Assembly (NCBI GenBank): GCA_964016885.1
Contig: OZ024752.1
Location: 30,752,001-30,816,000, forward strand
Direction: 5' to 3'
Length of the DNA: 64,000 nt
From: Eledone cirrhosa
Lineage: Eukaryota
The notes below the pieces were generated by a model. The model was not told the DNA's origin, did no database searches, and saw nothing but the letters and a program-made list of their open reading frames with translations. Positions 1-11,569 of this stretch are shown in pieces (position 1 is the stretch's first letter; each line of letters opens with the position of its first letter). The translations under genes were made by a program, and so were the position numbers.

Positions 1-1975
1 CACGGGCCATTCTCGCCACTTTCACCCACCTTTCATAAAAACGACTGGGGTGGAGCACCTCTCTCTCCATCCTGATCCTTCTTCCGAAATGATATCGGAA
101 GAAACGGACCAGTTGTTGGCCAGAGAGAAAGGTGCCTGACCTCAGTCCTTTCAGACGCGTCCACCATACAATTTCTTTCACCATGGCTATTACGCACAGA
201 AACACCGCCTCTCCTTCATCTTTGAAGGGGGGAGGCGGCTTGATCATTACAATAGACTCGGTGGTCAACTGGATCGGTCCCACCCTTGACAGCAGTTGTT
301 CGATATAGCCCCACAGATCGGCTACGCCCGAGCAGTGTACCAATGCGTGTGAAACGGTTTCCTCGTCGCACACGCATCTGGGACAGATCTTTTTGGCGGG
401 GTCCCTACCCGGGCGCCCGTGTCTGTAGAGCTTTTCTCGAACGGGTAGAGCCCCTCGGTAGCACTGCCAGGCCAGGGACTTCTGGAAGTTGTCCATAGGT
501 CCCGGGCTGAATGTCCTACCGAACAGGCTGGCCAGTTCGTCCTCCTCCATGTCTAGGGCTTCTCCGAGGGCGTCGTCGCACCTGCTGCGTACCAGCCCTC
601 TATAGAATGTTGCGGTGGAGTCTCCACTGATAACCGGATCCGCCTGCCAGAGGGTGGTGAGCGCCTGGGCACACTCAGTGTGCCAGGCGCCCAGTTTTCT
701 CGGTCTTTGCTTGACCCAGGATTGCAGCTCGGTGAGTGAGACGAGTCTGGGAAAGCTTCGTCTCACAAACGAGGCCCACACCGGTTGACCGGTGAGGAAT
801 ACGTAGAGGTGCCGTAGCCTTAATGCGTGTTTACGCATCATTAGCCACGGCATCCCCAGCCCTCCTTTCGAAGGGTGTTGACAGCAGATGGATCTCCTTA
901 CCATAGGAGCCCGCCTCTTCCAAAGGAATTGGAAGAGCGCGCGCTCCATCTTGGTTAGGGTTTCCCTTGGGCAGGGCACTACGGTCAGGCGGTAGTAGAT
1001 GACGGACGCTATATAGGTGTTCGCCACCTCCGCCCGACCTTTCAGGGATAGTTTGCAACTGGCCCACTTCTGGGTCAGTGCAAACACCCTGTTCGTAACC
1101 TCCGCCCAGTTTTTCTCCACCTGGAGGCCCGTCCGAACCAGATCCCGAGCAACTTCACCGGGCCCTCCGTCCAGCGTCCGACGACGCCATCGGAGGGCAT
1201 CGGTCTGCCCCTCCACGTGCCGAGTTGCAAACCGATCGACTTGTCCCGGTTCAGCTTAGTCCCTGTGAACCTTTCGTACTCCTCCAGTAAGGTGCCGACC
1301 GCCTCGATTTCGGAGGCCGTCTACACCATTACTGTCACGTCATCGGCGTAGGCCGACACCGCTTTCCGTAATCCCGGTTCCAAAGAGATGCCCTGCAACA
1401 ACTCCAACTTCCGCAGTAGTGGCTCGAGAGTCAACACATACAAAAGGGAGGAGAGAGGGCACCCTTGTCGGATGGACCGCGCGATTTTGAACGGCTCCGA
1501 GAGGTAGCCGTTCCCCTTGACTCTAGAGCAGATGCGGTCGCTGTGCATAGCAGTGATCCAGCCCCTGAAAACGGGTCCGAAGCCTGCCGCCGCTAGCACC
1601 GCATCCAGGTAACCATGGTCGACCCTATCGAACGCCTTAGATTGATCCAAGTTGATCAGAGCCCCACCAAAGCCGGGTTCGTTCCCAACCCTCTCTATGA
1701 TGTATCGCATGAGGTGGAGGTTGTCATGGATGGACCTGGACGGGATAGCGCATGTCTGTGCATCTCCCACCAGGTTGCCCACGACAAGCGCCAACCTCTT
1801 TGCTAGCACCTTGGCCAAAATCTGTAACTCTGTATTTAGCAGGGCCTGAAGTTACTTATTTCGTCCCCCTTGTTCTCGTCCTTCCTCACTAGCGTGACTA
1901 TGCCCTTGGTCACAGTACAGGGAATTCTCCCGTTCTGTTGCCAGTTGCAGTAGACCGCCTCGAGGAGATCGGTTT
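1..1975 (-). mobile_element. Tx1/L1-clade non-LTR retrotransposon ORF2 (RT plus C-terminal CCHC), 5'-truncated and disrupted; continues beyond window start
   Basis: RT motifs in ORFs 1836..2021 (GIVTLVRK...NFRP) and 1321..1818 (LDQSKAFDRV, IRQGCPLSSLLY, AYADDV). Minus-strand zinc knuckle PRCVCDEETVSHALVHC near 330-380. Stops and frameshifts between segments. GC-rich relative to surroundings. Confidence 0.92.
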
Positions 1976-1999
1976 CATAAGATAGCTCTATAAGTTGTA

Positions 2000-2130
2000 T
2001 TTCTTCTTTTTCTTCGCCCACTTATTGCTGAGAGGGTCGTGCGGGCTGAGTCCTCAAACATTCCTTCCAGCAAGTCCTGTCACAAGCAACCGTCTCCAAC
2101 TGATCCAGCTAAGTGCGACCAGTCAAGGTC
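2000..2130 (-). mobile_element. RTE-type LINE extreme 3' fragment
   Basis: Minus strand reads LDQLETVACDRTCWKECL...* followed by a GAA-rich tail, typical of RTE C-termini. Confidence 0.5.
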
Positions 2131-2619
2131 ATCGATTTCTATAAAACTTTATCTCGTTTATACCCAGGTATTAGAAATAATAAAGAAAAAAAACAAAACA
2201 AAAAAACAAACATATTCAATTTACAAACCTTTACAATGTAACGAAAGTTCCATTGACATTACATAAAAATAATTGAGCAGTATCTAATAAAAACAGAAAA
2301 CCCACAATTAAAGGGAACAGAAAAGGAAAAATAAAAAGGTATTGAAAAGAAGAAAAAGAAAAAAAAGGTCAAGCAAAGAAAGAGAGATGAGGAGGGACAG
2401 ACACTGCACTCCTATCTGAGCTGTGCCACATTCACACCCTGCAGACAAAATGGCAAAGGCATTACCACAGAGAATGACCAGAGACACCCACTGCAACAGC
2501 TATCCCATCTCATAGGGCTCCCTCCTAAAGCAGGCTGCTGTCTTTCCAAGTATTGGGTGTTTATCATTTAGCTTGGCAGTCATTAATACTTTCACTAAAC
2601 AAACCCACACACTACATTG

Positions 2620-2998
2620 CAGGTCGGACGCCATGCTTTGAAGCATAGAGTTACCTCCCTTTATGATCTGAGTTCAAATCCCGCCGAGGTTAACTTTGCC
2701 TTTCATCCTTACGGGGTCGATAAAATAAAGTACCAGTAATGCACTGGATAATTGCTGGCCTTGTGCCAAAAGTAGAAACAATTATTTTTATTGTAAATGC
2801 GGTGGATTGGCAGTATCGGTAGAGGGTCGGACGCCATGCTTTGACGCATAGAGTTACGGCCCTTGCCATTCTGAGTTCAAATCCCACTGAGGTTAACTTT
2901 GCCTTTCATCCTTACGGGGTCGATAAAATAAAGTACCAGTAATGCGCTGGGATAATTGCTGGCCTTGTGCCAAAAAGTTGAAACAATTATTTTTATTG
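2620..2998 (+). mobile_element. Two tandem copies of tRNA-derived SINE family A
   Basis: A-box-like tggcagtatcggtagag, B-box gagttcaaatcc, body gcctttcatccttacggggtcgataaaataaagtaccag, tail agaaacaattatt; same sequence recurs many times in the window. Confidence 0.9.
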
Positions 2999-3047
2999 TA
3001 ATTAATATTAGATTTATTGTGTATATATATATTTCTATATAGTAATG

Positions 3048-3500
3048 TTGAAGGCGTGTGGCTTAGTGGTTAGAGAACTGGATTCATACATACCTACCTA
3101 CCTACCTTCATGCATACATACATACATACCTATCTACATACATACATACATGTATGCTTGCATGTATGGTCAAATGGTCAAGAAGTTTTCTTCACAATTA
3201 TCAGAGCTTGGGTTCAATCCCAGTGTGCGGTATCTTAAATGTTATTTATCAGAGCATAAAAGTTGACCAAAACCTTTTGAGTGAAATTGGTTGATGGAAA
3301 CGGTTTGGAAGCCTGTATATGTAATTCAAAGGGACAACCTTGTCACATACTGTGTCATACTGAATCTCCCTGAGAATTATGTTAAGAATACACATGTCTG
3401 TCGAAAGCTCAGCCACTTACATGTAAATTTTGCAAGCAGTCTGTTTTGTTAATGATCAAACAACTGGAATATTCACCTTCAGAACCAACGCAGGTCCCTT
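3048..3500 (+). mobile_element. Degenerate tRNA-derived SINE (family B-like) with internal (TACA)n
   Basis: ggcgtgtggcttagtggttagag head and gggttcaatccc B-box; diverged body. Confidence 0.55.
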
Positions 3501-3564
3501 CCATCCAATTCTCTGCTATAAGACTTCAATGTTAAGTGTTTTATATATATATATATATATATAA

Positions 3565-3750
3565 AAACACCCAGCACACACTGTAAATGTGGTTGGCGCT
3601 AGAAAGGGCATCCAGCCGTTGAAAAACAGCCAGAAACAGTACTATATGAGCGAGACGTGGTCACCTGACCCAACTTGCCTGAAGTGGGACAAACTCGTCT
3701 AACCCATGCTAGTGTGGAAGATAGACATTAAACGATCATGATGATGATAT
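3565..3750 (+). mobile_element. RTE-type 3' UTR fragment with (TGA)n tail
   Basis: aagggcatccagccgt...gacattaaacgatcatgatgatga matches the 3' end of the RTE at 60330-61072. Confidence 0.8.
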
Positions 3751-3857
3751 ATATATATATAAAAACAGTCCTATGCTATTGTGGAAAGTGGACATTAAAT
3801 GATGATGATGAGGATGATGATGATGATGATGATGATGCTGATATATATATATATATC

Positions 3858-4212
3858 TAGGGAATGTAACATGCAGTTACTGTAGGTTCACCCAGGTGAG
3901 CACTCGATGTTTAGATTCACGTTTGTAATGAGGTCTAGAGCTAAACAGAGTGTAAATGTAATAATAAAAGGACGATTTGTTATGTCTTCATTACGTTTAT
4001 TGATTTTTGACGGGCGTTTTGCTATTGATCGATCTGGGATCAAAAGCTTGTCAGACCTCTGCTGTCATTACCACAGCAGAGATCCTATGAGCTTTTGATT
4101 CCAGAGTCGGGCCAGATTGATACAAATCGAACCTTGAACTGATCAATAGCAAAACACGCGTCACCAATCAATAAACATAATGAAGACATAACAAATCGTC
4201 CTTTTATTATTA
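3858..4212. mobile_element. Fold-back PLE-terminus element with one-sided tail, in (TA)n
   Basis: Inverted arms ataataaaaggacgatttgttatgtcttcatta...gctattgatc (3961-4030) and gatcaatagc...aaatcgtccttttattat (4141-4210). Extra tail 3858-3960 contains gagcactc. Arms carry a degenerate hammerhead 3' half (AAAA-CACGCG-TC). Confidence 0.65.
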
Positions 4213-4353
4213 TATATATATTTATATATATATCATCATCATTTAACATCCACTTACAGCATATATATATATATCATCATCATCATCACAGTATATATAC
4301 ATACAGTATGTATATATATGTATATATATATTAATAATAAAGTGTCTTGCTCA

Positions 4354-4618
4354 TGTGTTGTTTCCTTGAGCAAGACACTTTATTTCACATTGCTCCAATT
4401 TACTCAGCTGTAGAAATGAGATGATAGGGACTGGGGTCCCTATCATTCCATTGCAAAGTGGTCGTGGAGGTGCCACGGCAAAAAAGCACCCAGCACTCAC
4501 TGTAAATGAGGTTGGTGTTAGGAAGGGCATCCAGCTGTAGAAATCAAGCCAGAATCAGTTCCCGTCCCACCCTTGCAAGCAGGGAAAAGCGGACGTAAAA
4601 TGAAATGATGATGATGAT
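4354..4618 (+). mobile_element. Composite SINE (family B body plus RTE-type 3' tail), 5'-truncated
   Basis: Near-identical to 32264-32520; ends in (TGA)n. Confidence 0.85.
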
Positions 4619-5329
4619 ATTAAATTTTTAGATTTTCATTTGGTAATTATATTAATTAGTCTAAGTAGGACAATTATTGTTCGTGGTCTTTAAATGGTTT
4701 CTTAGGTTGAATTGGTAGCAATAATAATCTGGGTTAGGTCTGAAGAGTTTATTGAATGTTTAATTTGAAATCTTCAAGGTTGATAATTGAGAGGGAGGGG
4801 GAAGAGGAGAGGTAGGAGAGAAACAAAGCGAGGCAAAAAAGAGAGGGAGTGAGAGAGAGATTGAAGAGGAGACAAACTGGGAGATAAAGAGATATCATGG
4901 TATGGTGTAGGGTGTGGGGAGGACAGAATGTAATCAATAAAACTAGAGAGGCAGGAAGGAACTATTGTAATAATAGTATAGAGGGGGAGAAGGGAGAGGA
5001 GTGGGTGTAGTGAGGAGAGAGATTGTGGGAAGATGAGGGAGAAAGAGGGGGGAGAAGGAAAAGGAGCAAGTGTGGGGAAGAGAGAGAAAGGGAGAGGAGT
5101 AAGTGTAGGGAGGACAGAGATTGTGGGAAGACGAGGGAGAGAGGAGAAGAGAGAAAGGGAGAGGAGGAAAGAGAGAGGGGGAGAGGAAGAAGAGTAAGTG
5201 TGGGGAAGAGAGAGAGAGAAGGAAGGGGAGACAGAGAGAGATACAGAAAAACCTTGATAGAGGGAGTAAATGTTTTTTAAACTGTTGGATTGTGAAGGTT
5301 TCCTCATGACAATATTTTTATTTTGTTGG

Positions 5330-5590
5330 TTACTTTATCTGTTAGAGAATCTAAGATAAATTGGCAGTTCCAGATATGTAAAATAGTGGTTTTGGGGAGG
5401 CTGAACCTTCTATGGGGCATTACCCTTTCCCTCGGACAACATTATAGGCATGGAGAGAGGGATACTGGTTTGCATGGACAATTGCTGGTCTTCCACAAAA
5501 ATCATCTTGCCCAGACTTGTGCCTCGGATGAAGTACATTCTAGGTGCAGATGGCATGGTCATTCATGACCAAAAGGGGTCTTTGCTATGC
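5330..5590 (+). mobile_element. Degenerate RTE LINE fragment
   Basis: ILVCMDNCWSSTKIILPRLVPRM...LGADG resembles the non-LTR RT C-terminal region; weak. Confidence 0.3.
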
Positions 5591-5645
5591 ATGTATGTAT
5601 GTATGTTTGTATATATATATATATGTGTGTGTGTGTGTATGATTG

Positions 5646-5682
<37 letters not shown>

Positions 5683-5687
<5 letters not shown>

Positions 5688-6317
5688 AAAATACTGCAGG
5701 TAGCACATGGTAACATGTAATAAAATAAGTCCCTCATCAGTGATTTGCCGAAGATCATAGATATTTCATTGCATTAAAAAATCATATATCTCACTTCGGT
5801 GCAATAATAACCAAAATAAGTTATTAGGACAATTAAAACGCGTAAAGCGAGTGAGACAGGAGAACAACAGAAAATATAGCATACCGTAGGGGAGAAACAA
5901 GCTTCAAAAATTATTCTGTTTAGCATAAGCTAGGTGAATATATGAGCGCTTAGAGAATAGTACCTACACGAACGAGGGCTATGAGCAGAGAGAGAAAAAA
6001 TAGCGTTCGTGAGTGCAGGATGAAATGAAGAGAAGAGGGAGAAAAACAGTGAGTGAGTGAAAGTGTGAGGAAGAGTTAACGGACAAGACAGAGGGGGAGA
6101 AACAGAGAGAATGGGGGAACAGTAAGAGAGAGAGAAAAAACACAGAATCGCAGTGGTAAATATATGTATTAAAATATAGAGAAAAATACTGCAGGTAGCA
6201 CATGGTAACATGTAATAAAATAAGTCCCTCATCAGTGATTTCCGAAGATCATAGATATTTCATTGCATTAAAAATCATATATCTCACTTCGGTGCAATAA
6301 TAACCAAAATAAGTTAA
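5683..6317 (-). mobile_element. Short element with ~140-bp direct terminal repeats (pseudo-LTR/partial tandem) in TA/GA microsatellite
   Basis: 5683-5823 is repeated at 6179-6317; a diverged homolog lies at 46301-46433; minus strand contains CTGATGA. Confidence 0.7.
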
Positions 6318-6442
6318 TATATATATATAGCCTGGAACTAGCTGGTGGAACGGCAAGAACTCAGTCGTCGGGTCCTGATTCTGTTGACTAATGATCTAAC
6401 CAGTTTCAAACTGAATCCACCCTGCTTTATCTCTCTCTCTCT

Positions 6443-6518
<76 letters not shown>

Positions 6519-6588
6519 ATAATAATAAATTTGAAGACTAAAATCCAAAGGGTGAAAGCAGCGATTTAAACTTTAACCTGTTATTTTA

Positions 6589-6632
<44 letters not shown>

Positions 6633-6680
6633 CGTAAAATAAGAAAATTATAAAATTAACTTACTTACTAAAATATTTCA

Positions 6681-6760
6681 CTCCCAACTAATTAGTTTCT
6701 GAAATGGAATAAATATACTTTCCGAAGAAAATATTGAGAAGCATTTCGTCGTCAGAGAAG
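6681..6760 (-). ncRNA. Minimal type I hammerhead ribozyme (PLE-type)
   Basis: Minus: CUUCU CUGACGA CGAAAUG...CAUUUCA GAAA CUAAUUAG UU GGGAG. Palindromic stem III ACUAAUUAGU; C-A mismatch at the base of stem II. Confidence 0.7.
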
Positions 6761-6945
6761 TCTATTCTCAGCTAAGTATCCAGGCAAAGCGTGGACTCTG
6801 GAAACTCATACAAAAATAATTCAGTGGATAGAAAATAGCAAAGCGTGGACTGAATTCCTAGCCATTGAGAAAATCACTGCCTACTGCGTCGGTGGCAAAT
6901 TCAAAAAGAATCAATCACTGGAGATAAGAGTAAATATATATATAT

Positions 6946-7110
6946 ATAGGAACGAGTAGGACCCCGACGGCTGAGCTCAAGCCGTTTCGACGGCTAATTC
7001 TGTCCAGCCGTCGGGGTCCTACTCGTTCCTATTACCCACTCTACTACTCTAAGTATTGAGTACTTTGGTGCGTTATGGTCCACCTGGTTCCTTACCACAT
7101 TTCCTTCGTT
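6946..7110 (+). mobile_element. Fold-back PLE-terminus element, family H1 (right arm partly deleted)
   Basis: Inverted repeat 6946-7032 plus tail with gtattgagtact; homologs at 41086, 54818, 61352; flanked by (TA)n. Confidence 0.8.
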
Positions 7111-7260
7111 ATATATATATATATATATATATATGTAGGAGGTGAGTTTTATTGTAGTACAATAAAGCAATGCAGATATCGGATAAGTAGCACTCTACAG
7201 TTTGTAGGACTGGAGTATAAATAATATATAAGATCAAAAGATGGTTAAAAGAGTTCCATG

Positions 7261-7331
7261 TATTTTATTATGCGCATTTCAAAAACAAATATCATCATGC
7301 AATAACATTTGCGTTTTCGTCAGATAAAATA
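7261..7331 (-). ncRNA. Minimal type I hammerhead ribozyme, intact core
   Basis: Minus: UAUUUUAU CUGACGA [~16-bp stem II] GAAA UGCGCA UA AUAAAAUA. Perfect 8-bp stem I; palindromic stem III AUGCGCAU. Confidence 0.88.
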
Positions 7332-7825
7332 GGGAGACATGATATGAAGGTTAAAACGCACTTGTGAATAGTGCAGTTTTAAATCAACATATGAAAAGTA
7401 GTTTTAGATTGATGTGTGATATTGGGAAAAAAATTGGGGGGTGGGGGTGGAAAGGATAAAAAAGAGGAGGAGATGAGAGTAAAAAGTGGAGGGGGAGGAG
7501 TATAATGAGGAAGGATGAGATAGGAGGAGAGATGGGTGATAGAGAGAGAGATAGCTTTTATAACTGAGAAAAATATATTGTTTTACATAGAGTTTTACAC
7601 TGAATATCATAATAATAGTAATAGTACTCCTGACGTCATTGTAAACTCTAGGCCAATTTCTGCAAACCCAAATACAACGTCAAACGCAACTTCGCTAAAT
7701 GTTCTTAATCCCATTCTAAATCAAGAAACTATTATTCCTATCGTAAATAACTTCTCCAATCCAATCCCTTCTATAGATAACACTAGGTCACTTGTTAATA
7801 ACTCTGTTAATCTCTCTAATCGCAA

Positions 7826-8256
7826 TTGCAATTGCCCTGTTAAAAATAAATGTCCTCTCAACAACCATTGTCTTGAAAAAAAACTTAATCTACGAATGTA
7901 AAGTTATAACTGACACCAATTCCTTTACCTATTTTGGCTCCACTTCCACCTCCTTTAAAGCTCGTCTTTATAATCATCATTCGTCTTTTAAATACCAACT
8001 TAAAAGAACCAACACGGCACTCTCAGAACTCATATGGTCCTTGAAAGACAAAAATATTAACTATAACATCTCTTGGAAGAAGGTTTGTTCTGCTTCTTCC
8101 TACTTGAATAGTTCTCTATCCAAGACATGCAATCTCTGTTTATGTGAAAAATTTACCATTATATCTAATTTAGATTCTATAATAAATAGAGGCACTAACT
8201 TGTTTTCTCTCTGCTTGCATAAATTCCACAGAACATTCCATAAAGTATACAGCTAA
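7826..8256 (+). pseudogene. PLE GIY-YIG endonuclease domain (frameshifted)
   Basis: CNCPVKNKCPLNNHCL, then a frameshift in the A-run near 7876-7884 into LIYECKV..YFGSTSTSFKARLYNH..SF..TALSELIW.LK..CNLCLCEK..LFSLCLH. Confidence 0.88.
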
Positions 8257-9224
8257 TATCTAATACTTTATCAATTTAAAATCCTTTTCTCAAAGGCACA
8301 TATATATTTCTTTAAAAATATACCCATCTTTCTACCTTATTTCAATGTTATTTATTATACATTATATAATACTAGTTACTCATTCTATATCACTCCTATT
8401 TATCACTTCCCTTCTTTCTTTTTTCCTTTTTCTTTTCTTTTTTTTTCTTTTTCTTTTAATTTCTAACCCCTAATCTGTACCTTTTCTTCCTAGATACTTC
8501 TCAATTATCATTGTGCCTAACGTAGAAACAATTATTACTCAGCACAATATATTCTTACTTTATATCACCTTGAAAAAATCCTTCGTAAACATAAACATTT
8601 TTTTGACGTTAGATTATTCATCTTCAATTCATTATTTTTTTCTCCCTTTCATGATCATCTAACTTATACATATAACACTTATTCATCCACTCTTCTACTT
8701 CTTTCACAATATATCCTTAATTACATTACTATTGCTATATTTTTATATTTTTTTAATAATACATATCAACAATTTCTTTCCATCGCACATATTATTAAAC
8801 CCTTAAATATTATTCTTAATACATATTAACAATTTCTTTCCATCGCACATATTATTAAACCCTTAAATATACAAACTTTAATTTAACATTATTCTAAATT
8901 TTTCTCTTCGTTAATTTTCAAATTCTTTTAATTTATATATTATCTTCCAACGGTTTTTCAACCTCTCTATGTAAAACAATATATTTTTCTCAGTTATAAA
9001 AGCTATCTCTCTCTCTCTCTATCACCTATCTCATCCTTCCTCATTATACTCCTCCCCCCCTCCACTTTTTACTCTCATCTCCTCCTCTTTTTCATCCTTT
9101 CCACCCCCACCCCCACCCCTCAATTTTTCCCCAATATCACACATCAATCTAAAACTACTTTTCATATGTTGATTTAAAACTGCACTATTCACAAGTGTGT
9201 TTTAACCTTCATATCATGTCTCCC

Positions 9225-9295
9225 TATTTTATTTGACGAAAACGCAAATGTTATTGCATGATGATATTTGTTTTTGAAATGCGCATAATAAAATA
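9225..9295 (+). ncRNA. Hammerhead copy with mutated core (UUGACGA)
   Basis: Reverse complement of 7261-7331 except C3->U. Confidence 0.75.
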
Positions 9296-9323
9296 CATGG
9301 AACTCTTTTAACCATCTTTTGAT

Positions 9324-9380
<57 letters not shown>

Positions 9381-9520
9381 CCAAATGTTAAACAAGGTTC
9401 ATTGATTATTCAATGAATATAGTTTTACAATAGATTAAAAGCACTCAACAAAGAAGTTTTCTGGAGTTATTAATATTATTAAAAATATTAATAAATGGAT
9501 AAATTCACATAATCAAAATA

Positions 9521-9594
9521 TATGTTTTAGTATATATATATTTCGGAGGTACTGTGCTGTTTTTTCAGTACGTCCTCATCAGATAAAATACATA
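9521..9594 (-). ncRNA. Minimal hammerhead ribozyme in a separate PLE-terminus fragment (~9380-9650)
   Basis: Minus: CUGAUGA GGACGUACUG..CAGUACCUCC GAAA UAUAUAUAUA. Stem II 9/10 paired, stem I imperfect. Tail has GAGTGCT at 9440-9446. Confidence 0.65.
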
Positions 9595-9754
9595 CATTGA
9601 TGTATGACATATCTCAACTGTGCTGATGGTTCAATTCCAGTTTTGGCATATATATATATATGGTTCATCAGAATTATTGAGCGCTTTCCACACATCTCGG
9701 AAGTTGTTTTTCGCTAATTCCAAAACCGAAATACGATTCTTGCTAATTTATATT

Positions 9755-9828
<74 letters not shown>

Positions 9829-9899
9829 TCAGGATTATACCAGTTTTAAACTAGTAAGACCATTATTCAGCAGAGTACTCAATACTTGGAATAGTAGAG

Positions 9900-10115
9900 T
9901 GTGCCTTGTTTTTTTTCTAATAACCAAGGAGGGTATCTAGAAAGATTTGATAATTTCTCTTACTTAGTTAACCTAATTAACAGTGGGAGGAGGTTGCTCT
10001 GAAAGCAGAGTAGCTAGAATAGGAACAGTGTAGAAAAAGGGACTTTCTTTAGGAACAAAGGGTCGATTGTATGATGCCTGCATGAGAAGTGTGATGTTGC
10101 ATATGTGTGCTGTTG
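9900..10115 (+). mobile_element. Degenerate RTE LINE fragment
   Basis: KGRLYDACMRSVMLH matches the RTE at 60336. Confidence 0.65.
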
Positions 10116-10389
10116 GATATATAATATGAATAAAAAAAGGATACTACAGTGAGCCATGGAGATGTTTCGTGGTTCCAGCAGACAAATTAGTGAATTTGTT
10201 ACCTGCAGAATGGCAGAGGAGCCATTCTACTCGGCAGGTGTGTTTACAGATGGCCATCTCAATCTTGATGAAATTATTTCACTACGTGTTTTTTAAGTTA
10301 TCTCCCTTGCACTGCCTGTACTTGTCTGAGCAATCAGAATATTTCTACCATTCATAACCTCCTTCTTATTATTAGTATTATTATTAGTG

Positions 10390-11060
10390 TGGGCAGGTGG
10401 ATTGATAGTATCAGTAGAGCGTCGGACACCATGTTTTCAAGCATAGAGTTACGGCTCTTTATGATCTAAGTTCAATTCCCGCTGAGATGAGCTTTGCCTT
10501 TCATCCTTACAGGGTTAATACAATAAAACACCACTAATAATCGACTTTCCCCTCTCCCCAAATTACTGGCCTTGTGCCTATACTAGAAATCATTATATTA
10601 TTATTAGTGTGGTCAGGGTGGTGGATTGAGAGAATCAATAGAGCGTCAGAAAATATGCTTTGCGGTATAGAGTTACGACCATTTATGTTCTGAGTTCGAA
10701 TCCCGCTGACGTTAGTTTTGCTTTTCATCCTTATGGGTCCCTACGGAGTCGGTAAAACAAAGTACCAGTAACACACTGTGGTCGATTTAATCGACCCCCC
10801 CCATCCCATCCCTAGATTATTGGCCTTGTTCCTAAATCAGAAACCATTATTATTATTATTTGTGTGAATTGGCAGTATCGGTAGAGGGTTGGACGCCATG
10901 TTTTCTAGCATAGTTACGTACTTTTACAGTCTGAGTTCAAATCCCGCCGAGGTTAACTTTGCTTTTCATCCTTACGGGGGTTGATAAAATAAAGTACCAG
11001 TAATGCACTGGGTAATTGCTGGCCTTGTGCCAAAAGTAGAAACAATTATTATTATTATTT
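10390..11060 (+). mobile_element. Three tandem SINE A copies
   Basis: Same head, body and (ATT)n tail as 2620-2998. Confidence 0.88.
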
Positions 11061-11569
11061 GTGTGGTCAGATCCAGAAATATCAAAAAACTAAGTTCGTC
11101 AGCTTAGCAAACTGTAAGTTGAAATTATTTTATTTGGGATAATAGGGTGCATAACTGTTCGAAGGAGGTGCAGATCATAGTCTGGGACACTAAGAATCCA
11201 TGTGACGGTTTTGTATATCTTTCTTCCATATTCAATGGCCACATCTCAATATTATATAGTATCAGCCTTCTTACACATTTCAATAGTACGTGTTCTACAC
11301 AGCTAGAGAAACGTTTGTATGAAACAAAGGTATGAAACCTATAAACATTTCCCCCCTTCTACAGAGTTGCTATAATTATTTCCAACACTGATTGGGTCAT
11401 ATAATTAACACAAACTATTTGCTATATATATTGTACCAACTGAAACGTCCAAACACTCCGTTTAATGAATGACCTTGCTGATAAATATTTGTTACTATGT
11501 ATCCTCTGGATTTGATTTCATGGCTGTCTGCCTGTTAATTAGAAAACTCACTTCATATTGTGCCTGCTT

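Larger units (their letters stand above)
7135..9330 (+). mobile_element. 5'-truncated Penelope-like element with inverted pseudo-LTR and tail, in (TA)n
   Basis: 7227-7593 is the inverted copy of 8964-9330. Tail 7135-7226 is on the left only. Contains a GIY-YIG remnant and hammerheads in both repeats. Confidence 0.9.

Noticed and set aside
2800-2890. tRNA genes suggested by A/B boxes
   Set aside because: These are SINE heads; no complete cloverleaf, and they are always followed by the SINE body.
5730-5800. SECIS, C/D snoRNA, HDV-like or hatchet assignment for the CUGAUGA motif
   Set aside because: Required helices (SECIS helix II, HDV P3/P1.1, paired C/D termini) could not be built consistently in both homologs.
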